35,765 bases of DNA from a virus (Duplodnaviria; Caudoviricetes), in IMG/VR virus record IMGVR_UViG_3300048851_000226, positions 1-35,765 of that record; one strand, given 5' to 3'. The notes beneath the pieces are model-generated. The model saw only the letters and a program-made list of their open reading frames with translations. It did no database searches and was not told where the DNA came from. The position numbers and the translations under genes were made by a program. Below are positions 17,519 through 27,776 of this stretch, one piece after another (within the stretch, counting starts at the first letter, position 1; each line of letters opens with the position of its first letter).

Positions 17519-18724
17519 TTAGTAGGTGCCCTTGATGAGCGCGGCTGCGCGCTTCACGGCGAGCGCGATCCGCTCTTCCGCACGCATCGTCAGAAGGTTC
17601 TTCTCGAAGTCGTCCGCGTTCTCGGACGAGATCAAGACCTCGACTGCGAGGCGATCGTACAGGGTCGCCGCCATCTTGAACGCACCGCAGAGGAAGCTGC
17701 CGATCGTCATCGAGTTGGTCGGAACGACGCGCTTACCCCAGAGGGTCGGGCCGGCCATCTGAAGCGGGTTGGCGAAGATATAGCCGCCCGCCTGATCCTT
17801 GGTCAGTTCGATGACCGCCCAGTCGGTTTCCGACGTGACGATGCCGTCCGACGGATAAAGGCCGAGACTGGCCTGCAGCAGCGCGAGGCGCAGCTTGTCG
17901 ATTCGCGTTGCGTTCGCGATCACCACCCCGGCGGGGGCGACGTAGCCCGTCGCCTGCGGCATGAGGCCGAGCAGGTTCTCGCCGGTACCATCACCGTTCA
18001 GCAGCTGCGCATCCTCGGCGAGCGCCAGACCGTAGCGCATTTCGCTGTCGACCTCGCCCTGCAGACGGGGGGCATCGTCGATCGCCTGGCGGGTCAGCTT
18101 GGCAAGGTGGGCGATCGTCTTGACGTTCGCCGTCGCCTTGTCCCAACCGTAATTCGAATACGGCTTCTGGGTACCTTCCGCGACCGGTGCGGCGTTGTTC
18201 TGCCGGATCGTCTGGCGAGCGTATTCGACGGTGCCGGTCGTGATCGGCACGACGGTCAACAGGTCACGAACGACCAGATCAGGACGGGTCGGCATCTGGA
18301 CCGGGTCAAGCTCGCGCTGACGGTTGATCAGGCCGCCGGCCGAACCGGCTGCGGTCGTGATGGCCTTCAGTTCGATGCGAACCGACGGACGCTCCTTGCG
18401 GCCGAGCGCCTTGACGTCGTCGTTCCCAGCGATCTGCGTGCCCCAGCTGTCCATGTCGAGCGAGCCGCGGCCGATCGGGCGATCTGCCTTCTGCTCGAGC
18501 TCCTCGACGCGCGTCTTGATCTCGCTGATGACGTTGACCTCGGTCAGCGCCTTGTCGGCGTTGGCCTTGGTCTCGTCCGTCACCGTGCCGAGGCGCTTGA
18601 CCTCGCGATCGGCAGCCTCCGCCATCTGGCGAACGTTGCTCAGCGACGTTTCGAAGAAGGTTTTGAGTTCCGTACCGATCTCGGTCGCGGTCTTGCCCTC
18701 AAGCGAGGGAAACATAATCGTCAT
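17519..18724 (-). CDS. Major capsid protein, HK97 fold with N-terminal delta domain
   Basis: VAEG..KP, LLNGDG, GPTLWG and FEKN...RAEER motifs. Confidence 0.95.
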   Translation of the reverse strand: MTIMFPSLEGKTATEIGTELKTFFETSLSNVRQMAEAADREVKRLGTVTDETKANADKALTEVNVISEIKTRVEELEQKADRPIGRGSLDMDSWGTQIAGNDDVKALGRKERPSVRIELKAITTAAGSAGGLINRQRELDPVQMPTRPDLVVRDLLTVVPITTGTVEYARQTIRQNNAAPVAEGTQKPYSNYGWDKATANVKTIAHLAKLTRQAIDDAPRLQGEVDSEMRYGLALAEDAQLLNGDGTGENLLGLMPQATGYVAPAGVVIANATRIDKLRLALLQASLGLYPSDGIVTSETDWAVIELTKDQAGGYIFANPLQMAGPTLWGKRVVPTNSMTIGSFLCGAFKMAATLYDRLAVEVLISSENADDFEKNLLTMRAEERIALAVKRAAALIKGTY

Positions 18725-18750
18725 GGGGTGCCCTTTCGGCAGAGAGGAAA

Positions 18751-19431
18751 TCAGCCGGCCAAACCGCGAAGGAAATCAGCCAGGTCATTGTCCGCCTTCG
18801 TCTCGGGCTCCCCCCGAAGAAGTGGCGTCGCCTTGCTCGCGATCCCCGCGGCAAGGCTCTTCGAGAAGCCACCTGCATCCCGCAGGAACTCCTCAAACTG
18901 TCGGACGGTCGGCAATTCGCCGCCGCCCAGAATAGATTTGATGTCGTCGATCAGTGCCTGTTCGTTGGAACCTTGCGGCACCAGCGACACCTCCATCAAC
19001 TTGACGGTCGCGAGGCTGCGCTTGATCTGCGGCGACGTGTTGCGCGAGAGGCGCAGCGCCTTGTACCCAATCGACAGGCCGTTCAGCGCGCCATCCTGCA
19101 TCAGCGCATAGTTGAAGCGCCCGCGGTCGGTGTTCAGGCCGGACAGCTTGCCGGCGACGCGGAGGCCCTTGGTATCTTCGCGCATGTCAGTCCAGACGCC
19201 AATCGGCAGGTCGGAACCCGTGAAGGGATTGGCTGCGCTACCGTGCATCATCTTCATCGCCGGGTACGCGCCGCGCACTCCCCATTCGGCGAGCGAATCC
19301 TTGAAGGCACCCGGCTCGATGACATCGCCGTGCGTGTCGATGTTGCCGAACACAGCACCATAGCCGGAAAACTCACCGGTCTTTTCGTCGACGCCGTCCG
19401 AGGCGAACTTGAACTCCATCCGCTCAGTCAT
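18751..19431 (-). CDS. HK97-family prohead protease
   Basis: FSGYGAVFGN.D..GD, GLSIGY and LMEVSLV motifs. Confidence 0.95.
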   Translation of the reverse strand: MTERMEFKFASDGVDEKTGEFSGYGAVFGNIDTHGDVIEPGAFKDSLAEWGVRGAYPAMKMMHGSAANPFTGSDLPIGVWTDMREDTKGLRVAGKLSGLNTDRGRFNYALMQDGALNGLSIGYKALRLSRNTSPQIKRSLATVKLMEVSLVPQGSNEQALIDDIKSILGGGELPTVRQFEEFLRDAGGFSKSLAAGIASKATPLLRGEPETKADNDLADFLRGLAG

Positions 19432-20708
19432 GGCGTTACTCCTGTTGGTGGCGCCGTGGTGATCGGCGCATTCTGCATTTGCATCCGCGGCACATCGCCG
19501 CCGGCCACTGCCGGCAGGCCTTCGAGCGAACGAACTTCGTTGATGGTCATCGCGCCGATCTCGGTCATCGACTTGTAGAAGGCGGCGCGGCCGGCACTGT
19601 CGGCGCGCAGGAAGCCCTCAATGTTGAAGCGGATCGACACGCCCTGCTGACGATCGGCCCGGGTGAGCAGCTGCTTGCCGAGCGCGCCCTCGATGCGCTT
19701 CAGCCGCTTATGCATCTTGAACTTCACGAGGCTCAGCGTCTGATCGGAGATGCTGCTGCCGAGCTGCGTGTTGCCTGCGGTGATGCCGACCAGGTGCGGA
19801 TCGACTTCGAAAATCTGGCAGACGATGGTCATGTTCAACTGTCGGCTGCTGACCAGCTCGGCGTCGACGGGATCGATGGCGATCTTGTCCCACTTGAGGC
19901 CATTATCGAGCAGCATCGGGCGGCCCGCGTTCGCCGCACCGACGAACTTTTCGTTGAGCAGCTTTTCGAGAACGGGCCGCTGATCACCGAGGAACTTATC
20001 GGTGCTCATCACACCGCTGGAACGGACACCGTTGTTGAAGATGGCGTCAGCCGATGCCTCAGTCGCCAGCGACAGGCGCAATGCCCGGCGATAGGTTCCG
20101 AGCGTCGATGCGCCGCCCAGTGCGTCCCCGCCGCGACCGCGGATGTGCAGCATTTCCTGCACCGGCACCGTCGTAGCGTTGCCACCCCGGTCCCACCGAT
20201 AGACAAGCTCGCCATTCGATTGGCGCGAGACGCGGACGATGTCGGGCGGGATCGGCGTGAGCGAACTGATGTTGCCATCGCCGCGCCGCGCGATCTGAGC
20301 GTACGCGTTGCCGCGCCACTCGATACTCTCGATCATATACTCCCAGAAGTCGAAGGCCGACTGATCGAAGTTCGGGCTGTCATGGAGGATCCAGTAGAGC
20401 GGGTGCTCCGGGTACGGCGTGTCAACGCCGTTCACCTTGCGCTGAACGTGCAACGGCAGGCCGGCGATGTTGCCCGCCCAGAACGAGACGCAAGCACCGG
20501 CAGTGGACAGCCCCTCAACGTTGCCGTCACAGGCCGCCAGACCGTCGCGATACTGCGCAACCGTCACGCGGTTGGTCGAGAAATCATCGCGGTTCGCGGT
20601 GGCCGACTGATCGCCGACCCAGCCGCTGACGATTTCCTTACGCTCGATCGTGCGCTCGGCTTCGGCTACGCCACTCGCATACTCGACGGTGAACGTGCGC
20701 CGGCTCAT
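19428..20708 (-). CDS. HK97-family portal protein (start revised to MSRRTF)
   Basis: WRGNAY, MLHIR and MTINEVR.LEGLP motifs; ATGA overlap with terL. Confidence 0.93.
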   Translation of the reverse strand: MSRRTFTVEYASGVAEAERTIERKEIVSGWVGDQSATANRDDFSTNRVTVAQYRDGLAACDGNVEGLSTAGACVSFWAGNIAGLPLHVQRKVNGVDTPYPEHPLYWILHDSPNFDQSAFDFWEYMIESIEWRGNAYAQIARRGDGNISSLTPIPPDIVRVSRQSNGELVYRWDRGGNATTVPVQEMLHIRGRGGDALGGASTLGTYRRALRLSLATEASADAIFNNGVRSSGVMSTDKFLGDQRPVLEKLLNEKFVGAANAGRPMLLDNGLKWDKIAIDPVDAELVSSRQLNMTIVCQIFEVDPHLVGITAGNTQLGSSISDQTLSLVKFKMHKRLKRIEGALGKQLLTRADRQQGVSIRFNIEGFLRADSAGRAAFYKSMTEIGAMTINEVRSLEGLPAVAGGDVPRMQMQNAPITTAPPTGVTP

Positions 20709-22402
20709 GCGCGCAAGCTCGCGATCCAATCTTCGACGTTGCCGCCAGCGGCCTCCGGGTTGCGCGACATAAGCATGACCCCGTTGAAGAGTGCGATGAG
20801 CGGATCGATCTTGGCTTTGCCGGCGATCTGCTTGGTGATGATCACCGCATTGCCGCGTTGCTCAGCCTTCGCGTTGCCGACGCACCACGTCATCAGCGCC
20901 TGCGCGGCGTGAATCATGGTGCCGTCTTTCAGCTTGCGCTCAGCGCCCCACACCGCGCCCGAAAGCCGGAAGCCCTGACTGATCGCCAGCATCTGCTTCT
21001 CGGTGAAGCCGCGCCCGGAAAGCTCATCGACGATCGCCGCAATTCCGGCCGGGTCGAGGCCGATGGCATATTCCTCGGGGAACAGTCCGGCGTCTTTAAC
21101 CCGTTCGAGTATGTCGGCGAGTTCGATCAGATCCTGCGTCGGGTTCTCGCACTTGGTGACCGTGCCCTCGGCAACGAAGCCGTCGAGGGCGCTGACGATG
21201 TCCTTGCGACGCTCCCAGACGTCCAACTGGCCCCACGCATGCGACCATGTCAGCCACTGCTTCGTAACCTTGTGCCGACCGATTAGCGTCAGCCCGAGCA
21301 GATCGTCGAGTCCGCCGCCGTCGATGCCGGCGACTGCGACCTCGACGATCTCGAGGAAGTGATCGAGCGTGCCGTCCCAGACCAGCGGCGAGGCCGTCGC
21401 TTTCAGCCAGTACAGCGCACCGGCCCAGGCATCGTGCAGCAGGCCGACGCCCATCTCGATGTTAAGGTGCTTCGCATAAAAGACCTGTCGCTCCGGCATA
21501 TCGGCGCGCTGGGCTTCGTCGAACTTGTTCTGGAGCCACGGCTGGCTAACTGACCGGCCGAGGTTCGGGTTGGTAATGTAGAAGTTCGCCGGGTCGACGT
21601 GTTCCTCCGCCGCGATCATCTCGGACGGAAACTCGTACAGCACCGGCAGCTTCGTCGGTGCGTTGACCGTGCCATCCCGGATGGCGCGGTATTCCTTCAG
21701 CTTGCTCTTGAACACGCCTTGCGGCGGCTGATCCGACTGCGTCGTCAGGAACAGCGTGTAGCCTTCCGGCCGTGACGCCTGCCCGCCGGTCGCTTCCTGG
21801 AACATCGCGTCGGCCGTCGCGACCTTACCGAAGAGCCAGAGCTCGTCGATCAGTACGCGGCTGGCTTTCTTGCCCGACACGGTAGCGCTGTCCGCGGCGA
21901 CCACCTTCATGGTCGCCTTCGTTGACCGCTGCGTGATCAGCTTGATGTGGTCCTGTATGTGCAGGAGGTCGTTCAGCTCTTCGTCAGCGCGAATCATCGC
22001 CGCCGCCGGCTTGAAGCTGTTGTCCGCGACCTCTTTCGTCGGGGCCAGGATCAGGTTCTCGTCCTCATGCCGCCAGCCGAGCGCCAGCTCGGTGACCATG
22101 ATGCCGGCTGCGATCGTCGACTTCGTGTTCTTCTTGCTGACCAGCAGCAGGAACTCTTTGATCAGCTGCTCGCCACGGTCCGGATCGTAGGCACCGAAGA
22201 TCGCCGCGACGAAATCGAGCAGCCACGTGTCGCAGGACTCGCCAATCGTCGGCTGCCCGGTGACGTCCATCAGACGTAGCGACGTGAACATCGCCATCTT
22301 CGCCTCTGCCACGTTGGGAAAGAGGGGATCGAATGGGATAAGCGAGCGGCGCCCCCGAATGCGCTCCTTCCAGTCGGGGCAAGAGGTGGACCAGGTGGGC
22401 AA
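20705..22402 (-). CDS. terL: Terminase large subunit
   Basis: Walker A SKKNTKST, Walker B LIDELW, nuclease motifs GIDGG..DD and KIDP. Confidence 0.93.
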   Translation of the reverse strand: MPTWSTSCPDWKERIRGRRSLIPFDPLFPNVAEAKMAMFTSLRLMDVTGQPTIGESCDTWLLDFVAAIFGAYDPDRGEQLIKEFLLLVSKKNTKSTIAAGIMVTELALGWRHEDENLILAPTKEVADNSFKPAAAMIRADEELNDLLHIQDHIKLITQRSTKATMKVVAADSATVSGKKASRVLIDELWLFGKVATADAMFQEATGGQASRPEGYTLFLTTQSDQPPQGVFKSKLKEYRAIRDGTVNAPTKLPVLYEFPSEMIAAEEHVDPANFYITNPNLGRSVSQPWLQNKFDEAQRADMPERQVFYAKHLNIEMGVGLLHDAWAGALYWLKATASPLVWDGTLDHFLEIVEVAVAGIDGGGLDDLLGLTLIGRHKVTKQWLTWSHAWGQLDVWERRKDIVSALDGFVAEGTVTKCENPTQDLIELADILERVKDAGLFPEEYAIGLDPAGIAAIVDELSGRGFTEKQMLAISQGFRLSGAVWGAERKLKDGTMIHAAQALMTWCVGNAKAEQRGNAVIITKQIAGKAKIDPLIALFNGVMLMSRNPEAAGGNVEDWIASLRA

Positions 22403-22403
22403 G

Positions 22404-22958
22404 CTACTGAACCGCCTTCAGCGTCGGGGGGCCGACGCCGCGGAATCGGTTCGCGATCTGGTCGGCCTTCTCTTGCTGGGCAGCTTTCTTGCCCTGCGGC
22501 GCCGAAGCCTCGTTAATCGTCTTGAACGCGGTCGCCAATTCCTTGAGCGTTTTCGCGCGACCGGTGAGGCTGATCGCCGCCAACATGCCGTCACGTCGCC
22601 GGGCTTCACGATCGTCAGACGTCTCGTCCTCGATCATCTCTTCGAGCTCTCCCTGGTGCGTCGTGGCCGCGTCCAGCTCGTCGAGCATACGCGCCACCAG
22701 TCCGCGGCCACGTTCCGCGATTACGGCGGCGTCCGGCACCGGTTCGCCCTCACGTCGGGGGCGGGGCCCCGAAACTTCCGAAGTCCGCAGGGGCGGAAGC
22801 TTCCGCGCCGCCCGGACCCAGCCATTCGCTTTCGCCCGACTGCGTATTGCCCGATCGCTGATCTCATGTCGGTCAGCAATTTCGCGGATCGATGCTTCAC
22901 CCGCTAAGTATTCGAGTTCGATTCGGTCCCAGTCCGAAGATGTTTTCCGTCGCGCCAT
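22404..22958 (-). CDS. terS: Terminase small subunit (start revised to MARRKT)
   Basis: N-terminal HTH ([17 protein letters not shown]); GGAGG RBS; adjacent to terL. Confidence 0.75.
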   Translation of the reverse strand: MARRKTSSDWDRIELEYLAGEASIREIADRHEISDRAIRSRAKANGWVRAARKLPPLRTSEVSGPRPRREGEPVPDAAVIAERGRGLVARMLDELDAATTHQGELEEMIEDETSDDREARRRDGMLAAISLTGRAKTLKELATAFKTINEASAPQGKKAAQQEKADQIANRFRGVGPPTLKAVQ

Positions 22959-23004
22959 CGGCTGCCGACCTCCGGCGAAAGTCCGCACCTCGAACGGCGG
23001 GAGG

Positions 23005-23075
23005 AAAATTATCCGCGCGTGTGACGGATGCGGTATAGGGGGCCGGAGGTTGGCTGAGTTTCGACCCGCCCCCCG
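23005..23075. other. Candidate cos packaging region
   Basis: Non-coding gap between the HNH and terS genes, where HK97-like phages carry cos; G-run followed by an AT tract. Exact cut site cannot be determined. Confidence 0.35.
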
Positions 23076-23081
23076 GCCTGC

Positions 23082-23429
23082 TCAGACGCCGTACCGCGCC
23101 TCGACCTTCGCCTTGGGACCGTCGTGACACGGCTTGCAGAGGGTCTGGAGGTTCGCCTTGTCCCAGAACCGCCGCTCGTCGCCGCGGTGCGGCTCCCGGT
23201 GGTCAGCTACCAGCTGCGACGTGTCGGACTCGATGCGACCGCACCCGGGCCACTGGCATGTGAAGCGGTCGCGGATGAGTATGTCCATCCGCAGCCGTCG
23301 CCACGCGGTGGTGTTATACCAGTCGCGCCACGGCGCTGCGTCGCGGCGCCCCTTGTCCCCCGTCTGGAACGTCGAAAGGCGGGAAGGCAACGAGGCGAGG
23401 CGATTTGGAAGCGACTTAAGCTTACCCAT
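23082..23429 (-). CDS. Terminase-associated HNH endonuclease (start revised to MGKLKS)
   Basis: C...GC...DH.EPH...NLQTLCKPCH; GAGGTGG RBS. Confidence 0.9.
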   Translation of the reverse strand: MGKLKSLPNRLASLPSRLSTFQTGDKGRRDAAPWRDWYNTTAWRRLRMDILIRDRFTCQWPGCGRIESDTSQLVADHREPHRGDERRFWDKANLQTLCKPCHDGPKAKVEARYGV

Positions 23430-23466
23430 TATCCACCTCGATCCGCGCGCTGCACCATACATCCCT

Positions 23467-23679
23467 CTAACGAACCACCTCACGACGAATGGTCATGTGC
23501 TCCGTGATCTCGGCGACGGCCAGCGGGCCGTGCCCGTTGATGCCAGCTAGCGCATCCCGAAGATCAAGGGCGTGGTTGCGGTTCGCGTACTTGGCGCTGC
23601 CTACCGTGCGGTCCTGATCGTCGACCACCTCGAAGTGGCGGCTTATCACCCGCTCAGCAGTCGATACGGTCACCGTCAT
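23467..23679 (-). CDS. Hypothetical protein, 70 aa (MTVTVSTAER...)
   Basis: GGAGA RBS. Confidence 0.6.
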   Translation of the reverse strand: MTVTVSTAERVISRHFEVVDDQDRTVGSAKYANRNHALDLRDALAGINGHGPLAVAEITEHMTIRREVVR

Positions 23680-23701
23680 CGCTGTCTCCGGATGCTGGCT
23701 G

Positions 23702-23880
23702 CTATCGCCCACGAACGGCAGCGCGCAGGTCTTGCGCTGCCTGCTCGACGTCCTCGATCAGACGATCGCTGCGACCGTGGTGCCGTGACGGGCTGCGCAT
23801 ATCCTCGGACGTGCGAAGGAGGCGCATGCGATTGCCTCGACGTGATCGGCGGTGGTGAGCCGCAATAGCGGTGCAGCCAT
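23702..23880 (-). pseudogene. Small gene apparently split by a 1-nt frameshift near 23828, or two overlapping ~40-aa ORFs
   Basis: GAGGA RBS + MAAPLLRLTTADHVEAIA, with a more protein-like continuation in the -1 frame (MRLLRTSED...LIEDVEQAAQDLRAAVRGR). Confidence 0.35.
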
Positions 23881-24060
23881 GCGCTGTTCCTCAAATGCGG
23901 AACACCCCGTCGTCGGAGCGAGAAAGTCTCGGGTATGTCTCTAACTTCGTCAGAAGCACATGCTTCCGCGAGTAATGTTGGGGAGCGCAAGGATCGATGT
24001 CCCAGTTCGTCTAGCCCCGTGACCGCTTGAGCGGTGGTGTCCCCGAGGGGACTGATCCCC

Positions 24061-24089
24061 CATATACTCAGGCGGGGGCCAGTTGCCAA
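24061..24089 (-). promoter_or_regulatory. Putative late promoter (pR'-like)
   Basis: TTGGCA-N17-TATATG overlapping the antiterminator stop, ahead of a 180-nt non-coding leader. Confidence 0.5.
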
Positions 24090-24742
24090 GCCTCGACCGT
24101 CACCACGAGCATCCCACCGAACACCACCACCGCCGAGCGTCCGTCTGTACTCTCGACCACGCCGGTCACGCCGGTGAAGGCCGGCATCTCCTCGACGCTT
24201 ACCGCTTGGCCGGGCTCAAAGTCCCCGCGCTCGTTCCGCAGCGCTTTACGACGCTCGGCCTCACTGATCCGCATTGCGCGTATCCGCTCACGTTCGGTCT
24301 TCATCGCCGCCTTGCGAATGCGGTCCGCCTCCTCCCGCGTCTCCGCAGCACGGATCGCTTCGATAGCGGCGACGGCATCGCGCTCTGCGTCCTGTAACCC
24401 CGCTACCGAAGCGCTCGCTATCTCCGGGTAGCGCCCGCCGTGACGGAAGATCGAGAAGGCCGGGTGCGGCGTAATGTCCGCGCACGCGACCTGGGCAAGC
24501 ACGCCGAGGTCCCGAGCACGGGCGAACACGAACGTCGGCAGGATCGGCGTGTCGACCTCGACCGTTGGCCTGGTCCCGTCGAGCCGCGGCTTCACCCCCG
24601 GCTTGGCACGCTTCAAGGTCTTCCGCGGGCTCCACGCCTCGAAGCCGGCGCGGGTCAACGAGTCGGCCAACGCGAGCGTGCGGCCGCCTGACGTACGCAG
24701 GATGCACCAGCGATCGGATGCCTCGGATGGGTCGCCCATCAT
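24068..24742 (-). CDS. NusG/RfaH-family transcription antiterminator (NGN + KOW)
   Basis: WCILRT..G, PILPTFVF, FEPGQAV...FTG.TGVVE; occupies the lambda Q position. Confidence 0.85.
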   Translation of the reverse strand: MMGDPSEASDRWCILRTSGGRTLALADSLTRAGFEAWSPRKTLKRAKPGVKPRLDGTRPTVEVDTPILPTFVFARARDLGVLAQVACADITPHPAFSIFRHGGRYPEIASASVAGLQDAERDAVAAIEAIRAAETREEADRIRKAAMKTERERIRAMRISEAERRKALRNERGDFEPGQAVSVEEMPAFTGVTGVVESTDGRSAVVVFGGMLVVTVEAWQLAPA

Positions 24743-25251
24743 TGCGCTCCCTCGGCTACGATGGTCAGCCGTTCGATCAGGCGTTCGCGCTCGGCCAGCA
24801 GCGGCTCCGCTATCGCCCGTATCTCGCCGATCGAGGGAAGGAAGCCGTGCCGCGCTGACTGGACGCCGCGGTCGATCGCCGTGGCGAGGATGTCGTGCGG
24901 CAGGTCACCGAGGAGTCTCATGTGTTCGGCAAGCCAGATTGTCAGCGCACCATCGTCAGCGACCGTTCGCGACGCCATGAACATCGTCCAGAGGATCGTG
25001 AGCCGGTCCCCTAGCCACTCGCGCGGCACCGGGTCCGACGCGGCGACGAGCGCGCCGAGCGTGGCATCCGCTTCGTCTAGGCTGGACATGCTGCGGATCA
25101 CGCGGCGGGCATGCTCCGGCGTCCAAGCCGGCGAGCCGTCGTAAACGAAGCTTCGGTCAGCCAAGGCCGAGATTAGCCCGGGCGGTACGCATGGCGTCGA
25201 GGGGGCTGGCGCGAGCAGCAGCGCGGGGTCGTGGAGAGCCAGATCGGTCAT
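24739..25251 (-). CDS. Putative helicase loader/replication accessory protein (start uncertain; TTG at 25164 possible)
   Basis: W...L.DLP.D.L..A......FLPSIGEIR motif; follows the initiator. Confidence 0.55.
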   Translation of the reverse strand: MTDLALHDPALLLAPAPSTPCVPPGLISALADRSFVYDGSPAWTPEHARRVIRSMSSLDEADATLGALVAASDPVPREWLGDRLTILWTMFMASRTVADDGALTIWLAEHMRLLGDLPHDILATAIDRGVQSARHGFLPSIGEIRAIAEPLLAERERLIERLTIVAEGAQ

Positions 25252-26053
25252 CGTAATTGCCTTCGGTGATCTTGCGGAGGTTTCGGGGCTCGAGGATCCA
25301 GTCGATCTCAGCGAACCGGTAATTCGGAGCGGTCTCGCCGCGTAGGAACGGTGAACCGCGGATGCTGGCGAGCACCCTGCCCCAGCCCTCCCCGCCGCCG
25401 ATCTCGTCCAGCCGGGCCGCCAGCTTGGTCCTCCGGTCGCGGCCCAACGACAGCGGTTTGCAGTTCGGGACGAAGGCGCGGCGCACGGCTTGGTAATCGG
25501 CAAATGCGGTGTCGACCGCATCCTCGGCAGGCAGGACGGCTGGCAAGTTCATAGGCAAGGCAGGCGGTGCTTCGGGAAGCGAGCTGGCTGGTGAGTCCGA
25601 AGGACTCTCTTCTTTCTTGTTTCCCTTGTTTCCCTTGTTCTGTTGTGTGCCCTTGCTGTGCCCCGACTGTGCCCTCCGTGTGCCCTTTGCTGTGCCCTCA
25701 ACTGTGCCCTCGGTATCGGTCGGCGCTTGATAATATGCGTAATTGCAGACGCTTATGACCGTCGGCGACTGTGCCCCTTCGTACGCCTGACGCTGTGCCC
25801 ATTTTTGGCACTTCCTCATGCGCTCCATGAAGCCACGTACGCGCTTCACCGACCACCCGAACGCCTTCTCCATCAGGCGTAGCGAGGTCACGAACTCGCC
25901 GCGCTGGACGGTGAAGCGGTGCCCGTTGAACCACTGCTCGTGATCCTGGAAAGCGGCCTGCTCGATCGACCACAGGAACGCCTCGCGCTCGCTGAATGGC
26001 TCCGGTTTGAAGCTGTCCATCCACCCCCGGTGCATGACGTACCAGCCGCTCAT
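25157..26053 (-). CDS. Phage replication initiator (O/DnaD-like)
   Basis: GW..MHR, RGEFVTSLR, ISVCNY..YQ, DWIL...N..KITEGNY; internal iterons. Confidence 0.85.
   Translation of the reverse strand: MSGWYVMHRGWMDSFKPEPFSEREAFLWSIEQAAFQDHEQWFNGHRFTVQRGEFVTSLRLMEKAFGWSVKRVRGFMERMRKCQKWAQRQAYEGAQSPTVISVCNYAYYQAPTDTEGTVEGTAKGTRRAQSGHSKGTQQNKGNKGNKKEESPSDSPASSLPEAPPALPMNLPAVLPAEDAVDTAFADYQAVRRAFVPNCKPLSLGRDRRTKLAARLDEIGGGEGWGRVLASIRGSPFLRGETAPNYRFAEIDWILEPRNLRKITEGNYDDRSGSPRPRAAARASPLDAMRTARANLGLG
25608..25800. repeat. Replication origin: 8 TGTGCCC iterons plus an adjacent strand-biased pyrimidine tract
   Basis: Copies at 25646, 25657, 25668, 25679, 25691, 25703, 25770, 25794; T/C-rich tract at about 25608-25640. 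Confidence 0.8.
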
Positions 26054-27531
26054 GACGGCCAGCCCGTCGCGCCGCCGCCGTCGCGAGCGAAATCCACGCC
26101 GCGGACCGCTTGCCGGGAACCGAAGAAATAGACCTTGCGGCGTTCCGTCGCGCCCTGACGCACCTTAGCCGAGTAGATGTCGAGGCGATCGCGCTCGGCC
26201 CCCATCTCGATGTCCCAGTCGGGGCGGCGCTTGTCGAACTGGTCAGGCTCGGTCTGGCGCAGGTAATATTCCGCCCGGTACGCAAACACGACGGTGTCAG
26301 CGTCCTGCTCAAGGCTGCCGCTGTCGCGCAGGTCGGACAGCACCGGCCGCTTGTCGTCGCGGGACTCGACGCCGCGGTTCAGCTGCGCAAGCGCGATCAC
26401 CGCAGTACCGGTGTCCCGCGCCGCGTTCTTCAGCTCCTTGCTGGTGTCGCCCATCTCCTGCTCGCGGTTCTGTCGCTTCACCGGGGGTTCGAGCAGACCA
26501 AGATAATCGACGATCGTCACCGCGAGCTTGGCGCCACGCGCGTCCATCTGGCGCTGGTGCTTCCGGATCAGCGGCGCGACCGCCGATGCGTTCAGGCGCG
26601 GCGGCTCCTCGAAGACGAGAGGCCATTCTTCAATGCGGGCGCGAATGTCCGCCGCCCGCCGCAGGTCCGCCATCTCAAGGCGGCCTGAAAGCACGTCGTC
26701 GAACGTCACCGGCGCCCCCGCCTCGAACAGCATGTCGGCGATGATCCGCATCATGAGCTGCTCGACAGGCATCTCGCGCGATATGAAAAGGACGCCGTGA
26801 CCCGCCTCCGCGGCGCGGCGCGCGACCGCCAGCGCCACGGCCGTCTTGCCCATCCCAGGGCGTCCGCCGAGCAGGATTAGCTGACCGGGCAGCATGCCGC
26901 CGGTGATCTCGTTCCACTCGACGAAGCGCGCGACCATAGCGCCGCGAGACACGGTGCCGGCAGCTACAGCGCGCGCCGTCCGCATGGCCGCGTCCCAAGC
27001 ATGAGCGAACCCGATCGGTTTCGGCGCCGCCGCGGCGCCGCCGATTGCCACGCTCGCGAGCATGGCCTCTGCGCGCTCAATCTGCGCGCGCGGGTTCACC
27101 TCCTCCGAGGTGTCCATCGCCTGCTCGACCAGGGTGCGTCCGACATCGATCAACGCGCGCAACGCCGCGAGGTCGAATATCTGCTGGGCGAACTGGCGCG
27201 CGCCGATTAGCCCCGCGCCGGAGCCGGTCAGGCTGCCAAGGTATCCCGGCCCGCCGAGCACGGTCATACCCTCGTCAGATTCGAACATCGGGCGCAGCGT
27301 CACGGGCGTGACGAGGAGATCCTTCCGGCGCATCGTCTTGATCGCCGCGAAGATGCGGCCGTGCACCGGCTCGAAGAAGTGCGACGGCTCAAGCCGGTCG
27401 ACCAGGTCGTCAGCAAGCCGGTTGTCGATCATCATGGCGCCCAGCATCGCGGCCTCGGCCTCGACATTCCGCGGCAGGTGGGCGCCGTCCGGTGACCCGC
27501 CGGGCCATGGCCCGTTTTTCCCACTATGCAC
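26050..27531 (-). CDS. dnaB: Replicative DNA helicase, DnaB family
   Basis: GRPGMGKT, IVDYL, LAQLNR, DLRDSGSLEQDAD. Confidence 0.95.
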   Translation of the reverse strand: MHSGKNGPWPGGSPDGAHLPRNVEAEAAMLGAMMIDNRLADDLVDRLEPSHFFEPVHGRIFAAIKTMRRKDLLVTPVTLRPMFESDEGMTVLGGPGYLGSLTGSGAGLIGARQFAQQIFDLAALRALIDVGRTLVEQAMDTSEEVNPRAQIERAEAMLASVAIGGAAAAPKPIGFAHAWDAAMRTARAVAAGTVSRGAMVARFVEWNEITGGMLPGQLILLGGRPGMGKTAVALAVARRAAEAGHGVLFISREMPVEQLMMRIIADMLFEAGAPVTFDDVLSGRLEMADLRRAADIRARIEEWPLVFEEPPRLNASAVAPLIRKHQRQMDARGAKLAVTIVDYLGLLEPPVKRQNREQEMGDTSKELKNAARDTGTAVIALAQLNRGVESRDDKRPVLSDLRDSGSLEQDADTVVFAYRAEYYLRQTEPDQFDKRRPDWDIEMGAERDRLDIYSAKVRQGATERRKVYFFGSRQAVRGVDFARDGGGATGWPS

Positions 27532-27536
27532 CGAGG

Positions 27537-27740
27537 CTACTCCGCGGCGGCCACAGGATAGAAGTCGTTCGGTTGCACCGACCCGTTGGTCTCACGCACG
27601 ATCGCCGCCATTATCTTCGGCCGCGGCACTTGAAGCCGGTTGGCGTATTTCGATACGACGCCGGCGTTGGCTACGCCGATCCGATCGGCGAAATCGCGCA
27701 GGCTCAAGCCGTTTTTCTCGAGGTAGGTTTCTAGCTGCAT
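27537..27740 (-). CDS. cro: Cro-like XRE HTH regulator
   Basis: HTH with a TNGSVQPNDF tail; divergent from the repressor. Confidence 0.85.
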   Translation of the reverse strand: MQLETYLEKNGLSLRDFADRIGVANAGVVSKYANRLQVPRPKIMAAIVRETNGSVQPNDFYPVAAAE

Positions 27741-27747
27741 GCGCTAG

Positions 27748-27776
27748 ACAGTATGCGTTTTGGAAACCTTCAGCAA
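27748..27776 (-). promoter_or_regulatory. PR-like promoter; probably gives a leaderless cro mRNA
   Basis: TTGCTG-N17-TACTGT, 7 nt before the cro ATG; no SD. Confidence 0.7.

Noticed and set aside
2654-20912. Long + strand ORFs (e.g. 2654..3874, 5190..6785, 11431..12894, 14214..15893, 19479..20912)
   Set aside because: Antisense shadows of well-supported GC-rich structural genes; no recognisable motifs.
25646-25800. CRISPR-like array
   Set aside because: Repeats are only 7 bp with 4-5 bp spacers inside a CDS; explained as iterons.
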